From positions 14,508,001 through 14,572,000 of the forward strand of contig NW_026262593.1 in the NCBI RefSeq assembly GCF_021869535.1: a stretch of DNA of 64,000 nt, read 5' to 3'. The position numbers and the translations under genes are program-made. The notes under the pieces were generated by a model. It was not told where the DNA came from and searched no databases. It saw only the letters and a list, made by a program, of their open reading frames with translations. Of this stretch, positions 11,601 through 22,300 are shown piece by piece. The number at the start of each line of letters is the position of its first letter. Positions within the stretch are counted from its first letter, which is position 1. This DNA comes from Mytilus californianus (lineage: Eukaryota).

Positions 11601-14600
11601 TATTTTCAGAATTACGAAACGTCAAAGGATTATTTAGGGGATTCTGTTGCAGGATTTGTACTTCAAGACAATGAAAAATGTCCGCCATTACAGGAAGTTC
11701 CGTCATCGTCTGCTTGCATGGCCACACCTTGCTTTAAGGATACAGATTGTGGAAAATCGGAAGGTCGTTGCTGTGATAATGGCTGTGTGTTTACATGTTT
11801 TTCATACCCGATAGGACCAACATGTACGTAATAAGTTATTTTATAGTTTTGAAGACATAACATTGAAAACAAGACGCCAATACAGATCCCATTTTTTCGA
11901 ATTCCGAGGTGGTTTAATATTAATATATTATTTCCGAGTTTTGACTTTGCACTTGTTCACTGGGGTACTGTTGAATTGTCCATTATTTAAGTTATCCCTT
12001 GGGGTACTATTAAATTATTCAGTATTTAATTATTCCTATTTTGTATCATTTAATTTTATTAGCCCCTATCGCATTCCAAATGCTAACTTGGAACATACCT
12101 TGTTTGAAAACAAAATAAAGAGGGGGACAAGCAACCTTCTGTTGTCTCCGTAAATAGTTTTTTAGTATTGCAAACGCAATAGTAGTAATCAGAATTTATT
12201 CAGTTAAATTCAAGCTGATTTAAAACACACACACAGTCACACATAGTTTTCCAAACTGAAAACTGAAGTCCGCACACAATTAAAAGGAATGATAGCTTCG
12301 ACGATACTCAAAATCTCAAAGAATTATTAGAATTCTTATAAACAAAAAATGATTGACCTTTTTATCTTAGTCCTGATTTCTTACTAGTCTTTATATTGAT
12401 ATATGATTTCAGATATTGACTGGGTTCGTGAACCAAGACGACAACAAGTAAATGGTAAGATAGTCATACAAATTTATATTTTCTATAGTTTTGTAATATA
12501 TCGATAAAAACTTATTCAATCATCTACTGGTCTCCTTGTTTGACGCAAAAAAGCATTGATCTTGAAATTGGTCATGTTTAGTGAGTTAAATTCGACACAG
12601 TGATCTTTCCGCTGATGTGTGATGGTTAATTAATCACCAATTGACTCATCAACGTATTTACATGACGGGTTTCTTTAATGGAGCTGGAACTATTGGTAAC
12701 AACCGAGTACCTGAGTTAATCTCTGGCTTTGGTGTGGTTAGTGTTCATCAATGATCTTTAGTTTCCTTTGTTATGTTTTGTGGACTGTTTGTCTTTTCTT
12801 TGTTTTATTTTTTGGCCATTGTGTTCTCCGTTTTTATTGACTTGTTCTTTGCTGTACCCTTGGTATTTAATACCTCTTTAAATTAAACCACATCTTAAAG
12901 ATTATCTCAATTCATATATTATGTCGAACGAATGCACATAAAGATTAAATAATATTGCAGACCTGAAATAATGAATGCAAAAAGAATAAAATAAACATTT
13001 CTACTTCAATATGGGGGATATTCATAAGTAGCGCAAAGCCTTATATCATTTTTTACAATTTGAATTTTAACAGGAATCTCATGGCTGATGAAGGGACCAA
13101 ATTTAGCGGAAGAATGTGAGTATCATTGATTTATTTATTCGAGTTTAAAAATGTGTACTGCTGAAGTTCAAAGGAACACTGTGTTCATAAATAACGTCTT
13201 GCTCAGGAGACCATGATATTGCATCATATAATTTTTTCGCAATTATGTAAAAAAAGATAATTGGTTAGTGTGGTTTTTGTGATACATCTACATATATAAT
13301 ATAATAGGAGAATGATTGGCGAGAACAAATGTCACTCGATTTTTTATATAGATTTTGGGACAGGATGAAATTGAGCATGATCATGATGATTGAGCGATAT
13401 ATACATGTTTTGGAGATGGACATGTGTGACTCTGTTACATATTTCTTACGAATGTATCATTCTTCGTGTATTACATGATAAGATGACATATAACTAAAAC
13501 TAAAAGGAAGTAAAGGAAGAAATAAAAAACACTCCTAAAATATATTTGTAAAATCTTTCAAATAATTATTCTTTTTTCTTTAAATTGTTTGAGTTTGTCA
13601 TTATTAAAAAAAGCCACATCTTGAAAGGTTTGTTGTACTTGGTAAACACTTGTATTTGAATAAAATAAGTGTGAGGAATTGCAAAATGTTTATGATGTAC
13701 TTGATGATGTGAAAAAAAGAAAGAAGTATTTGATTTTTCAAACATAATTTAAAGATGTTTTACTAGCTGAGATTTAAAGACAATAATTGGTTTTAAATTC
13801 CAGTAGAACCATGCAGTACTACACATCACGAAGATGAAGATCCTCTTTTATGCCCAACAGGATACATTTGTCACGTGGAAAAGCTGGGAAATTCGAAAAA
13901 GGGCGTACCTAATTTAGGTCACTGTATTCCTGAAAAAGACGGTGAGTGAATTTATATATAAATCTATATTAGCTACTAAATCGAAGCTACATATGATTAT
14001 TGCAAAATGTTGATTTTCAATGTATTATGGGTAAATTAACTTCTGATGGTTTATAAACATTACCAGTTAATAATATGAAAAATCATAGTCATAGTTTTAT
14101 TTGGTTTTTTTTTATCAACGTGTTGCTTGTCTCCGATTTATGTTTGTTATTGCGCATTGCTATATTCTCTCACTTTCAAGCATGTCTTAATCCATGCATA
14201 ATTCAAAAATATATGATTCTCTGTACATCCTGATTCTGACTTCAACATCATTACAAATGATCATTAGTTAACGTTAAATGTTTCCTTGTGGTCAGTAATG
14301 TATTTTGATAACTGTTTGCATTTGCTACATGCACGATTTCTGTTATTGTTGGCTCTGGGTCTGTTTTGACGCGACTAGCAGATGTCCATAAAATCAATAA
14401 ATTAAAGAACAATTTCTTAACTTGTTATTTCCAATGACCATGCCAATGAACACAACTGCAAATCGTGAATGCATATTGCAACAATAATTAACTCACTAAT
14501 GATTACTTCCTGCTAATAAGCAACATACAAAAACTTTAGAGACAAGAACAACATTGCAGTGCTTTTCTTTTAGGAAGCTATATTTCAGGAAATTTATGTA

Positions 14601-16164
14601 TTTTTGTCTTATATTCAACACTCTATTTTTTTGGTCTTATTCTTTTATAAATTATGCTCGCTATTGAGGTGGCATGAACTAACATTCAGGAAATTAAATT
14701 ATACACCCTTTTCAACTTACACAATGAAGTATTAATTGCAGAATGATATCTCATATGGATACAGTAAAATGCGTCCCTTTACTTGAAGCATATATACATT
14801 TAACGTCCAATGACAACTATTACATGCACAAAGACAAACAAAGACTTGAAGAAATTTAATATTTGCTGCTTCTCCATTAAATACGGATGATAAATAAATT
14901 AAGGATTAATTGATTGATTGTTGATTCCCTTAAGTCCAGTGGCAAGTCTTTCATGCATGTTCAGGACCATTATAAATTAAGGAGTAAGAGAAAAAATGGT
15001 AAACGCGTAGTAATGTCATGTGGACTGTTGTATTATGAACTTGCATGGTTCAAAAGTAACTTAGCGTAGTCGGTGTAGAAAAAAGCAGGGTTCATATTAA
15101 TTTATATCACAATATAATCTTTCCGCCCTGAATATACATGTAATAGTTGCCACTGACCATTCATCGATCATCGTTGTCATTTACAGACCCCATACCTTTC
15201 ATTTTAATAATAAATTAAACAATCAGCAAAAACTTACCTCTACCAAAACTGGAACGAAGATATTTTTTTAGAAATACAAAGGCATAATCAGTGACTATGT
15301 TTTATAGTGTTTCCAACAGTTAACCCAAATTCCAACAGACATTTAGAAACCGACTGCTATTTAGAGAAATATTTAATGGAAGATGGCGCAAAGATAAAAG
15401 TTAGAAATAGGACTTGGTAAGTATATTTCGTCTTATAGCATGTGTACAAAAAGATATATACACTTTTACTAAGATATATATATGTATATAATCATTCCAT
15501 TGGTTGAAATTACGTAATTTCCCGGACATTTCTTTATGTGAAAGATATTCTGTAATTTAAGTCCTCTATCGTTAAACAATATTACATGCTATCAAAACGA
15601 ATTTAGAACGCATATAAGCAAAGTTATTGCACTTTATTTATTTTTTTAAAACAGAGGATACTTGCCGATATCTAATTATTAAATAATTTTTCGTGTCATG
15701 ACCTAGGCTCATTTTAGCATGAATAGGCATTATTTTGATAAATATCTTGAGCTGAGCGATAGCGAGATGTGCATCATTGACAAAAAACATAGTGCTTCCA
15801 CTTGTAGAAATGGGCATAGAGCAGGACTGCTCTCGTTGCGGACGTATAAGACAAGTTTGCAAGGCAGTCATTTTGATTGGACGAAGCGAAAAAAACACGA
15901 AATAAACCAACTGTTTTAAATCCGATTTAAAAAAAAGTGTTTGAATACAAATATACCTACTTTTGTAAAGATTCTCCACTCTTATACTAATACAACTAAG
16001 CGCCACTTCTACACAGAGTCGAGAAAGCATGTTTCAATCTGGTGAGAAGACGTACAAAAATTCCTACTGCATTTTGTAACATGCATACATATTGATAACA
16101 TCACAACATATAATTATATTTCAGTTACTGTAAACAGGGTTTCTTGGCTTGTTTAAAAGACTGA
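1980..16164 (+). CDS. WFDC1: WAP four-disulfide core domain protein 1 (ps20)-like secreted protein, 7 coding exons, about 237 aa
   Basis: Exons 1980-2108, 11610-11823, 12413-12454, 13074-13115, 13804-13941, 15308-15416, 16125-16164. All introns are GT-AG and phases are consistent (0,1,1,1,1,2). The N-terminus MAPIFKMLTFNVVTVFLFRMSVG is signal-peptide-like. There is an 8-Cys WAP domain CPPLQEVPSSSACMATPCFKDTDCGKSEGRCCDNGCVFTC, then IDWVREP...WLMKGP...EPCSTTHHEDEDPLLCPTGYICH...GVPNLGHC, which matches my recollection of vertebrate WFDC1 (LDWLVQP, WLLDGP, EACSTT, PLLCPSGYECH, GIPNRGQC). Confidence 0.88.
2644..2799. mobile_element. MITE with CA(T/G)..GGCGGATCCAG terminal inverted repeats and internal poly-G/poly-C tracts
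   Basis: Left end CATAGGCGGATCCAG, right end CTGGATCCGCCACTG. TGTTG lies directly on both sides (5-bp TSD). G29 run at 2662-2690. Confidence 0.75.
3914..4050 (+). repeat. Degenerate copy of the 3' tail repeat that follows the Penelope-like RT fragment at 42200
   Basis: AACACGACGGGT...GCAGG..CTGCTTA...CACCTG..ATCACC...CAGTCTTTAG resembles 42765-42870. Confidence 0.55.
6074..6352. mobile_element. PIF/Harbinger (Tourist-like) MITE
   Basis: TIR GGGAGCTACCATTTGATTT...AAATCATATGGTAGCTCCC, TAA TSD on both sides, internal TCCTGCCTTTTT subrepeats. Second copy at 19919-20208. Confidence 0.85.
6654..6812 (+). repeat. Interspersed repeat family A, one-end fragment (unclassified)
   Basis: AGAAGATGTGGTATGAGTGCCAATGA.ACAACTCTCC motif shared with many copies in the window. 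Confidence 0.8.
7086..8775. repeat. 61-bp minisatellite, about 28 units, with a 418-bp higher-order duplication
   Basis: Unit CCCAGGATAGGGGAAGGGTTGGGCGTAAACATTCTGTATGTGTCTGTTCCAAGTCAGTTAT. The left flank 7040-7085 is the reverse complement of the family A segment near 48690-48745. Variant markers recur 418 bp apart. Confidence 0.97.
9138..10764 (-). mobile_element. Complete non-autonomous LTR retroelement (TRIM/mini-LTR type), 1627 bp
   Basis: 204-bp LTRs at 9138-9341 and 10561-10764 with TGTTA...TAACA ends and 3 substitutions. AGAT TSD at 9134-9137 and 10765-10768. On the minus strand, PBS TGGTGGAGA abuts the 5' LTR and a purine tract GGGCGGGA abuts the 3' LTR. No long internal ORF. Confidence 0.92.
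12661..12870 (+). repeat. Degenerate Penelope-like tail repeat copy
   Basis: CATGACGGGT...GAGCTGGAAC...GAGTACCTGAG...TCTTTAGTTTCC...CCCTTGGTAT pattern, similar to 42760-42985. Confidence 0.45.
14915..14965 (-). repeat. SINE-like 3' tail fragment (TTGCCACTGGACGTTAAGCAAC.AACAATCAATCAAT family)
   Basis: Reverse complement of the motif also seen at about 11420-11450, 24297-24340 and 28570-28625. Confidence 0.55.
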
Positions 16165-16678
16165 CTGTAGAAGGTATTATGTTAGATTGATATTTAAGAA
16201 AAAGAAAGGTTACCACGCTCCAAATGTCACCTAACTTCCAAAATTTATAAAAATGAAATTACGTTGTATCGTTTATTTGAATTGGACAACATACTTGTTA
16301 TTTTTCTGAAAAGAAGTTTTACTACAAGGACATTGTATAAGTATTTATTTTGAAACCATTAAGTCGTTCTAAATTTACTTATTACCTCCCATTGAATACG
16401 AGTTGGGAATTATTCGGACTCGGCAAGATATTCCTTTAAATAAAAAAAATATAAATAACTCTTTTTATCTTAATGTCTGATAATGGATTTTGGAAAGTCA
16501 CGTAAAGAAGATTGGATTTAAAGTTTAAAAAGGCAAATGGAAAAGTTAGTCTAGTTTAAAAGTATGGCGAATTTAATGTTTTTGTAGAATACGCCAATAT
16601 TTTTACTTGATTAGAAAAAACTCGCTGAAGACTTTATATTTCTGTTATTTGAAAAAAAAATCATGTCTATATAATGTA

Positions 16679-17092
16679 TCTACATAAAATTGAGAATTGA
16701 AACGGGGAATGTGACAAAGAGACAACAACCCGACCAAAGAGCAGAAAACAGCTCTAGGCCACCAATGGATCTTCAACAAAGCGAGAAAATCCCGCACCCG
16801 GAGGCGGGCTTCAGCTGGCCGCGAAACAATAATGTATACTAGTTCAGCGAAAATGGATGTCACACTTAACTCCGAAAAATATAAAAGAACCAAAATTTAA
16901 AAACATACAAGACTAACAAAGGCCAGAGGTTCCTGACTTGGGAAATGCGAAAAAAATGCGGCCTGGTTAAACATGTTTTGTGAGATCTCAACCCTCCTCC
17001 TTTACCACTAGCCAATATAGAATAAATAAACACACAGCATTATGCACAGTAAAACTCTGTTTAAAAGAAGTACGTGTATATATTCATTTTCT
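16679..17092 (+). repeat. Interspersed repeat family B copy (unclassified)
   Basis: Reverse complement of part of 36375-37012. Shares the central CCTGACTTGGGA...TTAAACATGTT...CAACCCTCC motif with family A. Confidence 0.85.
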
Positions 17093-17180
17093 TTGATGCA
17101 ATACTTTTTTTTTATTAAATATTATCAATATGATTTAATAGATTGTGAACCATTAGTTCGGATTTTTTTTTATATTTCAG

Positions 17181-17272
17181 ACGTGTCTTATTCTTTACAT
17201 TCCAAAGGGAAAAATCATTACAGAGGTGATGAACCAACAGACAGGACACAAATCCAAAGGAAAAATGCCTAA
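17181..17272 (+). CDS. Candidate alternative terminal exon of the WFDC1-like gene
   Basis: Strong acceptor TTTTTTATATTTCAG. The phase-1 frame, compatible with the donor at 13941, reads DVSYSLHSKGKNHYRGDEPTDRTQIQRKNA*. The phase-0 frame is also open, so the call is ambiguous. Confidence 0.3.
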
Positions 17273-17925
17273 ACAGTATTCAAATGACCAACAGAAAAGA
17301 CAACTTATGGATTTTCAAAAATTTGCATTGATGTACGCGACCTTTTAGATGCATTCGAAAAAAACGTGCTACACCTTTTGTACCAAATTAATAGCTTTGA
17401 ATATTTAATGTATTAATTGGTTGATATATATTTTATGCATATTTATTAGTTATTTGTATATATATTTGACAATCCATAATGGTTTTATTTTGGTGTTTAG
17501 TTTTTATTGAAATTAAATTCAAACTGTAGTTTGTTGTTAGTTACAATTAAATTTAAACGTTGTAACTATTTTTTAGTCTAAAGATCTCTCGTAGTAGTAA
17601 ATTATGTATTTGTCAATGAAAACTACTATGTAACATAGGAGGAAACTCAATTCATTGTCATTTTTACTGACACATTAAAAATGCAATTAGATACCTTTAT
17701 TATTTATGAGAATAAAAATAAATACTTATAATATATTGAAATAAATACATGTAATTTATCACAATTTAAATAATAAAAAATAATAATATTGTTTTGCATT
17801 GACGCAGCAATATATTTTTTCCTTAACGCAGCATTTATTCTGGATCCTCCTCCTCCTCTATATCTCGTAATCTACAAGAAAGGAAATCATAATTGTATAA
17901 GACTATTTATTAGTAATATAATCAA

Positions 17926-18802
17926 CGGAGTGGCTATTTGTCCGGCTAGCCGGACGAATAGTGCTAGGGCTATTTGTCCGGCCATTGCAATGCGCATGTC
18001 ATTTTATGTGCGTACGACAGTGAGTGTAATATTATCTTCAGCAGCACCAAGGGTGGCGTGTAATCCTATCACTGATTTTCAATTTTGAGATCATGGCTGA
18101 AAACGTGGATATTAATATTTGTGATAATTTTCCAGTTTTCAGAACTTGACAAGGGAATACGATAGTATAACTTAAAAAAAAGTGGGGGATGTGGGATATA
18201 GGATTATAAAAAGTGGGGATATGAAATATAGTGGACAATAAAGGTGGGATCTGGGTAAAAAGAAAAGAGGGATTTGGAAACCGAAGGAACGCCACGTGTT
18301 ACCCCAACCCTTTCATCATCCCTAACTCAAAATATGGACAACTTTATGTTAAGGGGATCTATAACTCGATCTGTTTAACAGTCTCAGACATGATAATTTT
18401 GTACCTTTTTCAACAAGAAAATCCTTACTTTAACTTAATCTAAAATGCATGAGCCAATCACGACCCAAGTTTGGTTTACAAGTAATTTCCTCCCTCTTTT
18501 TGCAATGTGAAGCAATAGATATATGTAAATATAACATTGAATATATATGATTTTTTTCTAATATACATTGACCGCATTGGATTTTATTTGAAGAAAACAA
18601 CCATTTCAATTACCAGTAATAAAATTGGGGCCTTACAATTTAAGATTGCAAAACATTGCTTTATAGATGTCCATATATATAATTTGCCACACCCTGGTGC
18701 TGCAGAAGATAGTATTTCGCACTCACAGTCATGCGCATTGAACTGGCCGGACAAATAGTCCTGGTACTATTCGTCCGGCTAGCCGGACAAATAGCAACTG
18801 CC
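17926..18802. mobile_element. Non-autonomous TIR element with 9-bp TSD (Mutator/MULE-like), 877 bp
   Basis: Imperfect TIRs of about 120-135 bp containing TATTTGTCCGGCTAGCCGGACGAATA. TATAATCAA is duplicated at 17917-17925 and 18803-18811. Confidence 0.88.
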
Positions 18803-19059
18803 TATAATCAAAGAGCAGTATAAGGGAAATATACATGCAGGATTTCAACATATTTATTTTATGAACTGAAAGGAATAGTAAAGTGCATGCATGTCTTGTG
18901 AGAAAGAGTATGCAATATATATAAAAAATAAAAAAAAAACTTTGTGTCGTATCACACAAATGAAGCTAATATGCAAAATAAGAGCTTTACATTGCTCTCA
19001 TGTTAAGTTGTACTTTGGTTTTCATTAAAAGTAATCACATTTGGCAATCCAATTAAGCC

Positions 19060-19300
19060 GTTGTCTTGGTTGCTGTTTGCGTTATTTGTTTCTCGGTTGC
19101 TTTAAGCATAAATCATGCTGTTGTTTTTCTCTTCTGAATTGTTTCACATGGCCATGCCGTGGCCTTTCATAGCTTACTATACGGTATGGGTATTGCTCAT
19201 TGCTGTAGGCCATATAGTACCCTACATTTGTTTACATCCTCGTCTTTTGGTCTCTGGTTGATAGTTGTCTCATTGGCAATCATATACAACATCACCTTAT
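19060..19300 (-). repeat. Interspersed repeat family A, degenerate copy
   Basis: Ends in ATAGTTGTCTCATTGGCAATCATA..ACATC, the reverse complement of the family A end. Confidence 0.7.
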
Positions 19301-19321
19301 TTTTATTTACTCAATTATATA

Positions 19322-22300
19322 TTATTTACATTGTAATCTGAAGATGCAAATATTGTCGTTAAAATCCGTTACATTTGTTTTAAAATGAATTATTCTGATT
19401 TTTTTTGTAAGTGAACTAACTTACTCAGTCTGACTAATATGCTCACAGTCTTTTCTCCATTGGTCCAGGGCTGCATGAATTGTATCTTGTACGTACTTCT
19501 CTATAAAAGCTTAAATGTAAGAAATGAAGTATGATAGATAAGGGAAAGATATAAAATTCTATGATGTTATGCCATTGAACAAACATCCAGTTTCTTGTGT
19601 TTATACAAAAGATGCAATATCTTAACACGAGGAAACGGATTTAACGTCCCTATTCTGGCCAGACGTGGTTACGTATCTATATAGTACGCAAACCCAAACG
19701 AATGTCCATCTTTATCAGTCCAAATGACCACATTTTTATCGCCAAGACAACAGTTGAGCTATACAAAATAAAAGATTGAGTAAATCATTTATATCAAGAA
19801 CTGAGATCCCGCAGATCTAACATCATTAGGCATAATTTCAGACGAAGTAAATGCTATTCGTGTTTTAGCCCTGCATAAATATCGTAATAGTAGTACAGGT
19901 GTGATTAAAGGGGTCTAAGGGAGCTACCATTTGATTTTTATGGGGGGGGGGGGGGGGCTAGGATGAAAAAATTTGTCCTGCATTTTTTTTTAGTTGTAAT
20001 CTCTGTCCTGCCTTTTTATTTTTCACTCTGTTCGGTCCTGCCTTTTTTTTTTAAAGTTTATCCTGACTTTTTTTTACCTAAATTGTCATCCTGACTTTTT
20101 TTTTTGCAAGTGTTTCATCCTGCCTTTTTTTTACTCAAAACTAGTGTCCTGCCTATTTTTTTCAAATTTCATCCTAGCCCACCCCATAAAAATCAAATGG
20201 TAGCTCCCAAACGATATGATTTCTAGATGCACACACAATTTTATGAAAATCCGAAATACCTATTACATATGCTTCGCCTTAAACTTATCACAAAATGTAA
20301 TGCAGTTAGTTTATAAAAACGATTTTAACTGCACAACGCTATGTTATTTGATGGAGTATATAATCCACGGTTTACCTGTCTGTAACTAAATGAAGCCACC
20401 ATTTTGAATTCCGGAATTTATTGGTATTTGATTTCTTCAATAAAAGATGAAATAATAAAAGAAAAAATAAAATAAAAAGAACTGAGCCTTTTTAGCTTTC
20501 CTGACCAAACACAAGATTCATCATTCTATAATTAACTTTCATTTGGCGTCCGTTAAATATTTTGCAAACAATAATTCTCCCGAACTAAATCTAACTTGCT
20601 AATGAAATTAAAACCTTTCCACAATTATCTAAAACGACTTGGTCCTGGAGTTCCCGCTTTACACCACCATGTCCGCTTTGTCTTTAAATGAAGTATAATG
20701 TATAAGGGTTTAATGGGAGTTGATGTCTTATCTCTTAGAACACCATAATAGACGCATGGAATTGTTGAATATGTGCTCAGAAAGTCAACATCTACCGCCA
20801 TTACATTTCTACCAAATTTATTACACACAGCGGAAACGGATTATTGGCTTATAATGATATTTGGTGTTGTTGTTGTTTTTTTTTTAATCTAAACGTTTTT
20901 TATCATCATCTTGAAACTATTAAAATAGATAAACAGGTGGAACTGCACACAGCAAGAATTATAAGCTATTACAGATCAAAAGATCAAAAGATACGTCAAT
21001 TTGAAGCGTATATCACTTATCTCCAAGATGATTCAATATTCCAAAGCCTGCGTTTCCTATTAAAATTTCTTTGTTAGAACTTTGCTGCTTACAATGGTTT
21101 TTTTTTGGTAAAGTGAAGTCATCGCTTCGAAATATTTACGAACGCCGTAACAATTTGGTTGACTGTTATGGAATATCTGTGTTACAAATGACGATGGAGT
21201 GTTCCAACTCTTTTCCTCTATAATGTCATCATCAAATGCGACATGTCACCGCATTTGTACTTGCCATGAACAACACGACGGGTTCCCACCTTCTTTCTTG
21301 AGGAACTTAGATCACCCCTAGTATATGTTGGAGTTCGTGTAGCTCGATTTTTAGGTTTCTGTATAGTTGTTTGAAGATTGTTGCTTGTCTTTTCGACATT
21401 TTAATTTTTGACCATGGTGTCTGTTTTTCTTCGTCTTATGATCACGAGTTTTGATTGTTCCCTTGGTACATTCTTCCCTATTGAATACACTTAACTAACA
21501 ATTAGTTTCTAATTCTAAGGCCTTTGCCTATTATCTTTGAAGTATAAAATGTAAAAGCAATAAAATAAAAGTCTACATAAACGCTTAACTCAATTGATCA
21601 ATTGACATTTTATAGCAGAATCATCTTTAAGACCAATTTTAACATTTGTGTTGATTATCTTGAAAACTTGAGTGTATCATAGATTGAAACTGTATAATAG
21701 CAGACTGATTGTTTAGCCAAGATATATAAATAAATCTGTGTCATTTGTTCACTTGAGGAGAGTTGTCTCATTGGCAATCATACCACATCTTCTTATTGTT
21801 ATATGTATGACCGAAACTATCCAGACCCGTACCGGGGGGTAGGGGGTGACATCGGCTCACGCCAAACAAAATCTCAACTTTAATACATGTAGACACAATT
21901 CAAACAGAACGTCGAATTTAATAGTGCTTATTTGTTTTCAAAAGGGCGTACGTACGAATCCCTCGAACCCCCTAGCTACGGGCCTGCTATCACTAAACTG
22001 TCTATTGGAATTATTGCCTTAACCATAGGATGATTTGACAAGTTTACAAATAATATGCTAGTCTGAATCTAACGTAAACGAATAATGCAATCATAGCACT
22101 GAAAATAGTGGTCATCGTTTTATTTGAGTGGACTCGAAGAATGTATACAATGTACTTACAAATAAATAATGTATAAAAGAAAAGAAATTTTTGATCGAAA
22201 ATCAGTGCAAATTAATATCCTTTTGCTTTTGAATTTGTTATTATACCTTCAACTGTTAAAATCTCTCCTTCTTCGTATTCCGATTCCGATGATGATCTAT

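Noticed and set aside
17560-17660. Alternative hydrophobic last exon for the 154-aa gene
   Set aside because: It is open in phase 2, but such AT-rich frames arise by chance. The 19337 acceptor with a nearby stop and AATAAA fits better.
20625-20828. 67-aa minus ORF (…RTWWCKAGTPGP…) as an exon of the 154-aa gene
   Set aside because: The only nearby acceptor is phase 2, but the upstream exon ends in phase 1, and no family is recognisable.
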